DNA of 64,000 bases, from assembly GCA_963740315.1 (NCBI GenBank), contig CAVUDP010000002.1:2944001-3008000 (forward strand), in the 5' to 3' direction. Under the pieces are notes generated by a model. It saw only the letters and a list, made by a program, of their open reading frames with translations. It did not search any database and had not been told where the DNA came from. A program made the translations under genes and the position numbers. Origin of the DNA: an uncultured cyanobacterium. Lineage in GTDB: Bacteria > Cyanobacteriota > Cyanobacteriia > Cyanobacteriales > Nostocaceae. The number at the start of each line of letters is the position of its first letter. The first letter of the stretch is position 1. Below are positions 10,166-19,250 of the stretch, one piece after another.

Positions 10166-10957
10166 TCAAGTTTTTATGACTTTCTGAGCATTTTCCTCGA
10201 TCGCATCTACTAATTTAGCTACTTCTTCTGGTGTTTTTGCAGGTGCGGATGGAGGAATGACGGCAGGCCAAGCTTTTGCTAATTCGCTCATGCTGCTTGT
10301 AATAGCTTTGTCTTCTTCTGAATGCGCTGTCTTCATTTGCTCGGAAATTCCTGCATACAAATCTTGAGCGTAAAGTACGAAGCCACGAGAATCTTGATAT
10401 TCAATATCTTCGACGATTTTACCATTAGCGATCGCCGCTTCATATTCTTCCTTGGCTGTATCTAACACGCGATCGACTACAGCCAGCACAAATTCGGGTT
10501 GATTGCGTTCGTTTTCACTTATTGCTGCGATCGCTCCATCCACTGCTTCCATTGATGATGCAAAGCTAGTTGCGACTTTGGCATCTTTGGGCTTGCTTTT
10601 TACCAAATCGTGCAAATTCTCTAAAGTGCTTTTAAATTCCTTGACGTTCTTTTCTTTAAGTTGACTTTCTACATCGCTATAAATTTCCTCAACCGGATGC
10701 CCGATATGAGGTTCAGCCTGTTTCGGCTCGTTTTTATCTAACAATTCTTTCGCAACCAAAAGATGTCCTTTCATTAATGACATTTTGGTCATATATCCCA
10801 CATCTTTTGCTTCACCACTTTGATTAGCTTGGGTTTGAGCTACTGGAGCAGTTATCGGTGTGTTTTCTGCCGTGGGAGTATTGTCACCAAGGCAAGAACT
10901 CAGGGTAACTACGGCAAAAGCCGCAGCAGCCAAACATATGTAGCGAAGTGGTTTCAT
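10166..10957 (-). CDS. Periplasmic lipoprotein, putative metal-binding partner of FTR1
   Basis: Lipobox LSSC; His/Glu-rich motifs KGHL, EPHIGHPVEEIY, EYEAA, EYQDSRGF; lies within the iron operon; AGGAG RBS. Confidence 0.75.
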   Translation of the reverse strand: MKPLRYICLAAAAFAVVTLSSCLGDNTPTAENTPITAPVAQTQANQSGEAKDVGYMTKMSLMKGHLLVAKELLDKNEPKQAEPHIGHPVEEIYSDVESQLKEKNVKEFKSTLENLHDLVKSKPKDAKVATSFASSMEAVDGAIAAISENERNQPEFVLAVVDRVLDTAKEEYEAAIANGKIVEDIEYQDSRGFVLYAQDLYAGISEQMKTAHSEEDKAITSSMSELAKAWPAVIPPSAPAKTPEEVAKLVDAIEENAQKVIKT

Positions 10958-11045
10958 TCAAGGCTCCTATAAGTATTTTCACTTATGTCAATTGTTTCTA
11001 TTTGACAGGTTGACGTTTTTTAACATTTGGTCATTATGCATCTAA

Positions 11046-11060
11046 TGCAAGTTATTATCA
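11046..11060. promoter_or_regulatory. Weak Fur-type box upstream of the lipoprotein gene
   Basis: Minus strand TGATAAT-A-ACTTGCA: one perfect half of the 7-1-7 TGATAAT-N-ATTATCA, the other with 3 mismatches. Confidence 0.35.
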
Positions 11061-11108
11061 ACAATTTGATATATTTAATTGAAAAAAATTAATAAATAAC
11101 CAATATTT

Positions 11109-12113
11109 TTAGGATCGATCGCTTCTCTCGATGACTTCAAAATTACCCATGCAGCCATGCTCTGCGGTTATGTCTTGATGGGGATGGAACATATATTTAC
11201 CTGGATATTTGTATGAAAATTCCAAAATATGTCTTTCCGCAGTTCCCATCGTAATCACATCGGTTTCGTAACTGGGCTTTAAAGTCATTCCAGTGGGATA
11301 AACCTTAAAGAAATTGGCATGGATGTGAAAAGTCACCGCTTCATCAAACTCAATCATATTCAGTACATACAGCCGCACCAACTGATTTTGATAGATTCGG
11401 ATGGGATGGTCTAAATAATATTCAGGTATGCCGTTGAAAGCATAAAATTCGTTCTTGCGATCGCCATTAGTGTCATACCCAGCCATTATCAACACCATTT
11501 CATCTGCCAGGGGACGAGGTGATGGTGGATCTACGATAAACATCCCGTACAAACCTTTAGCAATATGACGGGTGACTGGTTCTATATGACAGTGGTAAAG
11601 GTGAACTCCATAAGGTTCTGCGGTAAATTCGTAAATCGTTTCCTTGCCATTCGTTACCGGGCGAACCCCATCTGATGAAGCCGGATGGGTACCGTGAAAA
11701 TGCATTGAGTGCGAATGTCCCCCTCGATTGTGGAAGATAATCCGAACGCGATCGCCAACCTTAGCCCTCAACGTTGGTCCGGGTACTTGCCCGTTATAAG
11801 TCCAAACATTGAAAGAAACGGCGCTATTTAAATCTATCGTCTCATTTGTCGCAGTTATGCGAAATTCTCGGACTTTACGACCGTTTTCCTCTTTAATTGT
11901 GCCGTAGTCAAAATCTCTCAATACCCTCATCGGGTTCGGTCGATCGGAAGGTATATCGGTATCGATTGGCGGTATTTTGCGCGATTTGCTTTGAGAATTA
12001 ACTGAAAGCCAAAGTAATCCTGCACTCGATGCACCAGCCCCTACCAATCCCAGCTTCAGAAATTGACGACGGCTCCAAATTTGATCTTTGTTCGGAACAA
12101 AGCGATTGGACAT
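11109..12113 (-). CDS. Tat-exported two-domain multicopper oxidase (type C 2dMCO)
   Basis: Tat motif SRRQFLK; domain 1 HSMHFHG and YHCH...H...L (T1 site); domain 2 FHIHAN and FHPHQ (no T1 Cys). Confidence 0.9.
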   Translation of the reverse strand: MSNRFVPNKDQIWSRRQFLKLGLVGAGASSAGLLWLSVNSQSKSRKIPPIDTDIPSDRPNPMRVLRDFDYGTIKEENGRKVREFRITATNETIDLNSAVSFNVWTYNGQVPGPTLRAKVGDRVRIIFHNRGGHSHSMHFHGTHPASSDGVRPVTNGKETIYEFTAEPYGVHLYHCHIEPVTRHIAKGLYGMFIVDPPSPRPLADEMVLIMAGYDTNGDRKNEFYAFNGIPEYYLDHPIRIYQNQLVRLYVLNMIEFDEAVTFHIHANFFKVYPTGMTLKPSYETDVITMGTAERHILEFSYKYPGKYMFHPHQDITAEHGCMGNFEVIERSDRS

Positions 12114-12140
12114 ACTATTGCTATTGCTAAAACTCTTTAG

Positions 12141-12157
12141 TTGATAACTATTTTCAA
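12141..12157. promoter_or_regulatory. Fur-family operator upstream of the multicopper oxidase
   Basis: TTGATAACTATTTTCAA: 7-1-7 core with 2 mismatches to TGATAAT-N-ATTATCA, about 28 bp upstream of the ATG. Confidence 0.65.
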
Positions 12158-12267
12158 TTATTATTCGAGACTGAGTATAGATTAATTAGGATCTATTGTC
12201 AATTAATAGCAGATACTTCTTGAAGATGTACTCCCGTCTCACTCCTGGCGATTACCTATAAAATTTC

Positions 12268-12384
12268 TCCCCCCTCTTCCCCCTCTCCCCCCTCTTCCCC
12301 CTCTCCCCCTCTTCCCCCTCTTCCCCCTCTTCCCCCTCTCCCCCCTCTCCCCCCTCTTCCCCCTCTCCCCCCTCTTCCCCCTCA
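12268..12384. repeat. C/T-only tandem array (CCCCTCT[T/C]C)n
   Basis: About 12 imperfect 9-10-mers; the opposite strand is a G-run tract. Confidence 0.9.
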
Positions 12385-12765
12385 CTCAACGCCAGTAATC
12401 ATAGAGCCGGGAAGGGAGTAGTTTTATTTGTAATCCCTAAGCATTTGTAGAGAGTCTTTTTGTTTTTAGAAGTAAAAAATATAAATAGAAAGCAGCCGTG
12501 AATTTAATCATTATCTAAATAGTATAAATAAAAATCATAAATCTAAAAATACATCATCAATTACTTGTATTAATAATGTATGCGATCTTACATATTTAGC
12601 AATCCTTTTATTTTAGAAAATTCAGCTATAGAACATATTTTACAAGGGTCAAAAATATAAATACTTATCAGATAATTTTACAAAATAAAATTAATTTACA
12701 ATTTGCAAACAAAGTATATTTTCAGATATTAAATTGATATAAAAACATACGATATTGCTACGTAA

Positions 12766-12784
12766 AATGCCCCCGTAGGGGATT
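12766..12784. promoter_or_regulatory. Candidate InrS/CsoR-RcnR-family operator
   Basis: AATGCCCCCGTAGGGGATT: C-tract/G-tract pseudo-palindrome in AT-rich DNA, about 90 bp upstream of nikM. Confidence 0.5.
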
Positions 12785-12871
12785 GTATTGGACACAAAAA
12801 TTATGTTTTATTTTAATAATCTACGTAAGTTTTTTACGTTTTTTTAGTAATAAATAAAACTTCTCTCCACT

Positions 12872-13798
12872 ATGCATATTCCTGATGGGTTTGTTTCCGT
12901 ACCTGTAGCTGCGGCTACTACCATAGCGAGTGTGGCTGGGCTGGGTATAGCTTTAGGTCGTTCAAAAGATGCCTTTGGTGTTCGTCGCGCTCCGGTTTTA
13001 GGCTTAACCACCGCTTTTATTTTTGCGGCACAAATGATTAATTTTCCTGTAGCAGGGGGAACTAGCGGTCATTTATTAGGTGGAGCTTTAGCGGCAATAG
13101 TGCTAGGTAGCCCTTGGGCGGGTGCCTTATGTATTGCCACCGTATTAATTATTCAGGCAGTACTGTTTGCCGATGGTGGAATTACTGCCTTGGGCGCAAA
13201 TATTTTTAATATGTCATTCATTGGAGTTTGGGTAGGTTGGCTTTTAACTCAAACTTTGCATCGAGTGTTTGGAGGTTCAAAAAGCCGATTACCTTTAGCT
13301 GGTGGCATTGCGGCGGCTGTAAGTGTAGTAGCTGCGGCGATTTTTGCAGCGATTGAATTAGCAATTTCGGGTACTGCAAATTTAGCGGTAGTTTTACCGG
13401 CAATGGCAGGAGTACATATTTTGATTGGTGTCGGTGAAGGTTTAATTACCGGAGGTGTGCTGACTTATTTAATCAAGGCAAGACCGGATTTGTTACCGGG
13501 GAATGATGAAGAGCAGATTCGCGGTTGGGTTGTTCCGGTGGTAAGCATTTTTCTGATTGCTGGATTGCTATCTTTGTTTGCTTCGGCTTGGCCAGATGGT
13601 TTGGAAAAAGTAGCTGAAGACAGTGGCTTTATTGACTTAGCGGAACAAGTAAGGATTTCGGTACCAACACCTTTTGCAGACTATACATTAAATCAAAACG
13701 AGGGTATCGGTACAAGTATTGCTGGAATTATTGGAAGTATAGTTTGCTTCGGCGTTGCGTGGGGTATTGCACAAGTAGTTAAACCAAAGAATGCTTAA
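12872..13798 (+). CDS. nikMN: ECF Ni/Co transporter S component, NikM fused to PDGLE (NikN) domain
   Basis: N-terminus MHIPDG, GGTSGHLLG, C-terminal PDGLE motif. Confidence 0.88.
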   Translation: MHIPDGFVSVPVAAATTIASVAGLGIALGRSKDAFGVRRAPVLGLTTAFIFAAQMINFPVAGGTSGHLLGGALAAIVLGSPWAGALCIATVLIIQAVLFADGGITALGANIFNMSFIGVWVGWLLTQTLHRVFGGSKSRLPLAGGIAAAVSVVAAAIFAAIELAISGTANLAVVLPAMAGVHILIGVGEGLITGGVLTYLIKARPDLLPGNDEEQIRGWVVPVVSIFLIAGLLSLFASAWPDGLEKVAEDSGFIDLAEQVRISVPTPFADYTLNQNEGIGTSIAGIIGSIVCFGVAWGIAQVVKPKNA

Positions 13799-14453
13799 AC
13801 TTCCTCTGACTTTACGATTGCAGCTGTCTTTAATAATTGTCATTGGAGCAGCTTTTCTGAAATTAAATGCTTGGTATTGGCTGGCTGCTTATGGAATAAT
13901 TGCGGTTTGTTGGGCTGTATCATTGCGCGTACCAGTTCGCAAACTAACAGGTTTATTAGGTTTAGAACTGATATTTTTATCATTTTTAGCCTTACCTTTA
14001 GGTTGGGAACGAGCTAGTTTTTTGTTAGTTCGTTCTTTGGTGTGTTTGTTAACAATGAATAGCTTTTTGTTAACTTTACCGCCTCACAGTTTCGGTATTG
14101 CTCTCAAAGGTTTACCTCTGCCGATGGCTTTCAAAGAAACTTTACTTTTAGCCGGACAATATTTAGAAATTTTGCTCGGAGAGGTAACTCAAATGCAGCG
14201 TAGTGCAAAACTTCGCGGTTTGAACGGTACAACTGGATGGGTTCGTTACGCCAACGCTTCGATGATTGGGGCTTTGTATCTCCGCAGTCTCGATCGCGCC
14301 GAACGAGTTTACGCTGCAATGATCGCTCGCGGTTACAACGGAATGCTACCCATTGATTCGCCACTGAGAATGAAAGAGCGTTTTGCTTTGATAGCGATGA
14401 GTATTTTAGCTTTAACTTTGACTGTCGCTTCTTATCTGTTACCTCTTAAATAG
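13791..14453 (+). CDS. ECF transporter transmembrane T component (NikQ/CbiQ)
   Basis: Overlaps the nikMN stop; RSAKLRG and RSLDRAERVYAAMIARGY motifs. Confidence 0.88.
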   Translation: MLKLPLTLRLQLSLIIVIGAAFLKLNAWYWLAAYGIIAVCWAVSLRVPVRKLTGLLGLELIFLSFLALPLGWERASFLLVRSLVCLLTMNSFLLTLPPHSFGIALKGLPLPMAFKETLLLAGQYLEILLGEVTQMQRSAKLRGLNGTTGWVRYANASMIGALYLRSLDRAERVYAAMIARGYNGMLPIDSPLRMKERFALIAMSILALTLTVASYLLPLK

Positions 14454-14596
14454 CTAATTTATTGCTCAAAAATTGATTTGTTTCAGACGTTGTATTTGCC
14501 GTCAATGGCTGAGTTAGCAACGTCTTTTATATGTCAAAACAATGCCCAATTCCCCATTCCCCATTTTTTCCTATATCTAAAAACTCACAATTAACC

Positions 14597-15319
14597 ATGC
14601 AAAATCCAGCAGTTATAGTTCAAAATATTGCCTATGCTTATTCTAATCGAGAGCAAGTCTTGCACGATATTTCTTTTACATTAAATGCCGGAGAAAGAGT
14701 TGCATTAATGGGTCCAACTGGTTCTGGTAAAAGCACTTTGTTAGAAAATTTGATTGGTTTAAAACAACCATCAAAAGGCAAAATTATCATTAACGATATT
14801 CCATTAGAACCGAAAACCTTACCAGAAGTACGGCGCTATATTGGGTTTGCTTTTCAAGATCCTAACGACCAATTATTTATGCCCACAATATTAGAAGATG
14901 TTGCTTTTGGTCCTCTTAATTACGGCGTACCAATAGCAGAAGCAAAAGATTCAGCGCGAAAATTATTAATGGACTTTGGCTTAGAAGCTTACGCCCAACG
15001 TTCCGCACACGAACTTTCTGGGGGACAAAGAAGACTTGCAGCTTTAGCAGCAATTTTAGCTTTAAACCCTGATATATTGATTTTGGATGAACCAACTAAT
15101 GGGCTTGACCCCTCATGGCGGCGTAATTTAGCCCAAGTACTGTTAAATTTACAAGTAAAGGTAATATTAGTTGCTTCCCACGACCTACATTGGTTAGGTA
15201 AAGTTACCGATCGCGCTTTGGTTCTTTCGGGAGGTAGAATACACGTAGATAGCGATATTCACCCACTTTTAGAAAATAGCGAGACTTTAGAAAATTTGGG
15301 TTTACCAGTAGGTTGGTGA
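14597..15319 (+). CDS. ECF transporter ATPase (NikO/CbiO)
   Basis: Walker A GPTGSGKST, FQDPNDQLF, LSGGQ, LDEPT; ATG at 14597 preferred because the upstream extension is STRR sequence. Confidence 0.92.
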   Translation: MQNPAVIVQNIAYAYSNREQVLHDISFTLNAGERVALMGPTGSGKSTLLENLIGLKQPSKGKIIINDIPLEPKTLPEVRRYIGFAFQDPNDQLFMPTILEDVAFGPLNYGVPIAEAKDSARKLLMDFGLEAYAQRSAHELSGGQRRLAALAAILALNPDILILDEPTNGLDPSWRRNLAQVLLNLQVKVILVASHDLHWLGKVTDRALVLSGGRIHVDSDIHPLLENSETLENLGLPVGW

Positions 15320-15371
15320 TAATCTTTAACAGTCTACTCACACAGCAAAAAACCATTGGAGAAAATATTGG

Positions 15372-15689
15372 ATGAATAGATTTGACAATATTGAAATTGA
15401 CCTTAAGACTGTCGATCTAAGTTCTCTTGATACAGATGAGGATTTTCGTAAAGAAGCGCAGCGACTACTACCACAAGCATTAGTGCAAGTAGGAGAAGCA
15501 ATGGCTGAGAAAACCTGGGAAGAATTACAAAAAGATATGCAAAAATCCGGAATGAAAGCTGGTGCTTCTCAAAGTGCTAAACGTAAATTTGTTCAAGAAA
15601 CAAAAAGAACCTATCAACGGAATGCTAGTAGTAGAGATAAGCGAGAACTTGAAGATTATATTGTAGAGAAACTTCATCAATATAAATAA
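15372..15689 (+). CDS. Hypothetical protein (105 aa, helical, charged)
   Basis: Clean ORF with GGAG upstream; no recognised motif. Confidence 0.7.
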   Translation: MNRFDNIEIDLKTVDLSSLDTDEDFRKEAQRLLPQALVQVGEAMAEKTWEELQKDMQKSGMKAGASQSAKRKFVQETKRTYQRNASSRDKRELEDYIVEKLHQYK

Positions 15690-15835
15690 TTAAATGTTTA
15701 AAAATATTTAACTTTTAATCAGTTAATAGAACTATGGAGGCATCATTTTGAGATGCCCCTACTAATATAGTTTTGGTTAAATATTCTCTATTTAAATTTT
15801 ATAATTAGTGAATTTAAGTTTTGAATTAATTCAGA

Positions 15836-15978
15836 ATGGAGCAATTCATTTTTCGTAGCGTAGATACCATACCAGATCCGGTAACGAAGACGGGAGCTAT
15901 AGGAGCAATGGAATCCATCTGGACTTACACGACTTAGATGGAAATTTAATCGATATAGCAAATTACTGGAACAGTTAA
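15836..15978 (+). pseudogene. Remnant of a VOC/glyoxalase-family gene (C-terminal half, frameshifted)
   Basis: Translates as ...PDPVTKTGAIGAMESI / LHDLDGNLIDIANY*, resembling the GPVxRTGAxGxIxSxYxRDPDGNLIEI VOC C-terminus; frameshift near 15920. Confidence 0.7.
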
Positions 15979-16035
15979 CAAAATTAGTGAATCATCGGAT
16001 ACGATGATTTCGGTACTGCTCAAAGTAGACTATTA

Positions 16036-16515
16036 ATGTTTAATTGGAATAAATATAACGTAATTGCTTGCGTAAACTTGAGCTTGGCTTTGCTGATTAC
16101 TGGTTGTAACGAAAGCAAGGTAGCTCAGTGTCAGCGACTTATTAAAGCTGTTAATCAAGGAACTTCTCTGATTGAAAAAAACAAAGGCTCCCAAGTAACA
16201 TTAAGCTTGGGACTAGCCAAGGATTTGGAAGATGTTACCAAAAAAATAAAAGGTCAAAACTTCAAAGATCCAAAACTCGAAGATTTCAAAACCCAATCTG
16301 TCAAACACTTTGAAACTTTCAGTAAAAATATAAAATCCGCAGCCGTTGCCCTTGGTTCAGCTAAAACAGCCAAAGTCTCCTCAGATGGTAGAGAACAAGT
16401 CCGAAAAGCTAAAAAAGATATAGAAACGCACCTCAAGCTAGTTTCAGATACTGCTAAAGAATCTGATACTTTAGCAAAGGAAATGAATCAGTATTGCAGT
16501 CAAACCGAAGAATAA
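16036..16515 (+). CDS. Hypothetical lipoprotein (helical, Cys pair)
   Basis: Lipobox ITGC, then VAQCQRLI and C-terminal NQYC. Confidence 0.8.
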   Translation: MFNWNKYNVIACVNLSLALLITGCNESKVAQCQRLIKAVNQGTSLIEKNKGSQVTLSLGLAKDLEDVTKKIKGQNFKDPKLEDFKTQSVKHFETFSKNIKSAAVALGSAKTAKVSSDGREQVRKAKKDIETHLKLVSDTAKESDTLAKEMNQYCSQTEE

Positions 16516-16652
16516 AAAATTGGGCATAGAGTATGGGGCATGGGGGATTGTGAATAACCAATTCTCGGATTATCCCTCCTTCCCTCCTTATAAAGGGGGG
16601 TTAGGGGGATCTGAAAGTCTGTGGTTTTATTTATGACTTGGAAAACATCCTC

Positions 16653-16734
16653 TAACTCTTAACTCTTAACTTCTAACTCCTAATTCTTAACTCCTAACTC
16701 CTAACTCCTAACTCCTAACTTCTAACTCCTAACT
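16653..16734. repeat. STRR array (TAACTCC/TAACTCT)n
   Basis: About 11 tandem heptamers, preceded by an ATCCC...TAAAGGGGGGTTAGGGGGAT palindrome at about 16572-16611. Confidence 0.85.
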
Positions 16735-17006
16735 TTTCTTCCGGGTACAAGATATAAGTTAACGAACAAAACCTGTGTTAACTATCACTAATGCTAATTA
16801 GTTTCTGGAATACAATAAATGAAAGATGAATTACATATTATAGCTAGTAGCAAAGATTACTCTTTCATCAGAGAGTAAAGCAGATTACAAATTATTTGTT
16901 CTACTAAGTTTTTCTCAGAATTACATCAGGATGTGCTTGTCATTAATTATTTATTGGTAGTCGGTAATTTTTAAGAATCATCACCCGTGTCTTATAAGGA
17001 AACAGC

Positions 17007-17681
17007 ATGAAAACAGAAGTAATTGAATTAATAGCCAGAGTTATCCAAGTCTTACAAATAAATATACGTTGGATGACTTGGAATCTTTTTCTAGCTTTTA
17101 TACCTTTAGTTCTGAGTATTTGGCTGTTTCGTCGTCCAAAACGCAGTCGTTCTTGGGTTTGGTGGTTGGGATTTGCAGTTTTCTACGCTTTTCTGCCAAA
17201 TGCACCTTATTTGCTAACTGATGTAATCCATTTAATAGACGATATTCGGACAATTCAGTCGGTGTGGATAATTACCTTGGTACTAATTCCCGTTTATCTG
17301 GTAGTGATTTTAGCTGGATTTGAAGCTTATGTAATCTCTTTAATTAACATGGGCTATTACCTGCACCGAATTGGTAAAAGCCAATGGATTTTGGGTATGG
17401 AATTGATTACTCACGCTTTATCTGCCATTGGTGTTTACTGGGGAAGATTCTTACGTTTTAACAGTTGGGATTTTGTCACTCAACCGGATGCCGTAATTAC
17501 TCAAGGTATAGAAGAAATTTTGGGCAAGCAGCCATTAGTAATTATAGGTATTAGCTTTGTTGTACTTACTGCACTGCACTGGTTGATGAAACGAATAACT
17601 TTGGGCTTTACCAGACAAGGATACAACGATATAACAAACTCCTCCTCAGCCTCTTTTACACCAAAAACCTTCGATGAATAA
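17007..17681 (+). CDS. DUF1361-family membrane protein
   Basis: WNLFLAFIP, FLPNAPYLLTDVIHL, GRFLRFNSWD. Confidence 0.9.
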   Translation: MKTEVIELIARVIQVLQINIRWMTWNLFLAFIPLVLSIWLFRRPKRSRSWVWWLGFAVFYAFLPNAPYLLTDVIHLIDDIRTIQSVWIITLVLIPVYLVVILAGFEAYVISLINMGYYLHRIGKSQWILGMELITHALSAIGVYWGRFLRFNSWDFVTQPDAVITQGIEEILGKQPLVIIGISFVVLTALHWLMKRITLGFTRQGYNDITNSSSASFTPKTFDE

Positions 17682-17876
17682 ACTTTTTTCACACTTTAGA
17701 TAGATATATTACCTCCCCCAGGAAAGAGTAAAAATTACCATTATTGCAGTGAAATAAGTTTATATTGAACGGTTGCGCTCATAGCGTTTTGATATAGCAA
17801 AAATTTATTCAGATCGTTGCTTGTAATATTCGCGGTCTGAATTTGAATTATTTCACATTGATAAGAGGAAGTTTGG

Positions 17877-19055
17877 ATGAAATTATCCAGAGAGGAAATA
17901 AAAACTTTAGTAGAACAGCCAAAAGATAATAGCGTTTCTATTTATATGCCCGTAGTTGCAGCGGGTGCTGAAGTTAGACAAAACCCAATTCGATTTAAGA
18001 ATTTAATTAAAGAAGCTCATACTCGTTTAATTGAAGCGGGTGTTGATGAAACCCAAGTAACACAGTTATTAGAAAAAGCTGACGAACTCGATCGACAAGA
18101 TTTTTGGCGAGAAATTGGAGAGCAAGGATTAGCTATTTTTATCTCTAAGAATGTATTCAATTACTATATTGTGCCTTTAGAGTTTGAAGAATTAGTAGTA
18201 GTTTCAGATGGCTTTCACGTTAAACCGTTGCTGCAAATCTTAAATAACAACGGACGTTTTTACGTTTTGGGTTTAAGTCAAAATAAAGTAAGAATGTTGG
18301 TAGGTACTCGTTACCGCTGCCAAGAAATTGATTTAACAGCTTTGGAAAATGTTCCTACAAGTTTGGATGAAGCGCTGCAATATGATGACTCAGAAAAGCA
18401 GTTACAAATGCACAGCACCGGAAGAGGCGGTTCGCAAAATGCCCAAACAGGGATTTTTCACGGGCAAGGTGTAGGTACCGATGATGCCGAACACAAAACT
18501 AATATTATGCGATTTTTCAAAGCTTTAGCAAAAGGCTTGGAAAAGAATATTTTGCATCATGACGAACAAGTGCCTTTAATATTAGCAGGGGTAGATTTTT
18601 TAATTCCCATGTACAAAGAGGCAAGTAGCTATCAGTATGTAATGGAAGATGCTGTTACGGGTAATCCAGAAACTCTCAGTCCCCAAGAATTGCATTCACA
18701 AGCTTTACCTATTGTCGAAAGTTATTGGAATAATTCGCACAAAAAAGTTGTAGATTTGTACAATGAACTATTAGGAAATAATAGCGGCAATGCTTCTAAT
18801 AGTCTTGAAGAAATAGTTCCTGCGGCATATTATCAAAAAATAGACACGCTATTAGTTGCTAAAGGCGAACATAAATGGGGCTTGTTCGATAAAGGTTCGC
18901 AAAAAGTACATATGCATCAACAAGAAGAAACCGGCGACGAAGATTTATTAGATTTAGCCGCAGCCCATACGTTAATTAATGGCGGTTCGGTATACGTAGT
19001 TGAACCAGAAAAGATACCTTCTAATAAGACTGTGGCAGCGATTTTTAGATATTAA
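17877..19055 (+). CDS. Bacterial archaeo-eukaryotic release-factor-like protein (baeRF3/baeRF7 type)
   Basis: VSIYMP, QNPIRFKNL, FHVKPLL, PLILAG, GNPE, EDLLDLAA...GGSVY...AAIFRY; GAGG RBS. Confidence 0.8.
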   Translation: MKLSREEIKTLVEQPKDNSVSIYMPVVAAGAEVRQNPIRFKNLIKEAHTRLIEAGVDETQVTQLLEKADELDRQDFWREIGEQGLAIFISKNVFNYYIVPLEFEELVVVSDGFHVKPLLQILNNNGRFYVLGLSQNKVRMLVGTRYRCQEIDLTALENVPTSLDEALQYDDSEKQLQMHSTGRGGSQNAQTGIFHGQGVGTDDAEHKTNIMRFFKALAKGLEKNILHHDEQVPLILAGVDFLIPMYKEASSYQYVMEDAVTGNPETLSPQELHSQALPIVESYWNNSHKKVVDLYNELLGNNSGNASNSLEEIVPAAYYQKIDTLLVAKGEHKWGLFDKGSQKVHMHQQEETGDEDLLDLAAAHTLINGGSVYVVEPEKIPSNKTVAAIFRY

Positions 19056-19250
19056 AGACAGTGAGCAGTGAGCAGTTATCAAGTTCACCTTTGTTGTTTA
19101 TGTGTTCGTAGTGGCGCTGTACTAGCTTCTTATCTGAAGCGCAACTACGAACCTTTTTTGAACTATTTATCCACATTCTAGAGAAATCAATGCTTGGCTT
19201 GTTTTGTCTAACTGTTCACTGTTCACTGTTCACTGTTCACTGCTCGCAGA

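Noticed and set aside
12385..12445. Cobalamin riboswitch upstream of the ECF transporter (GCCAGT...GGGAAGG)
   Set aside because: The other conserved B12-element parts are not visible, and it lies over 400 bp from the ATG; an Infernal scan would settle it.
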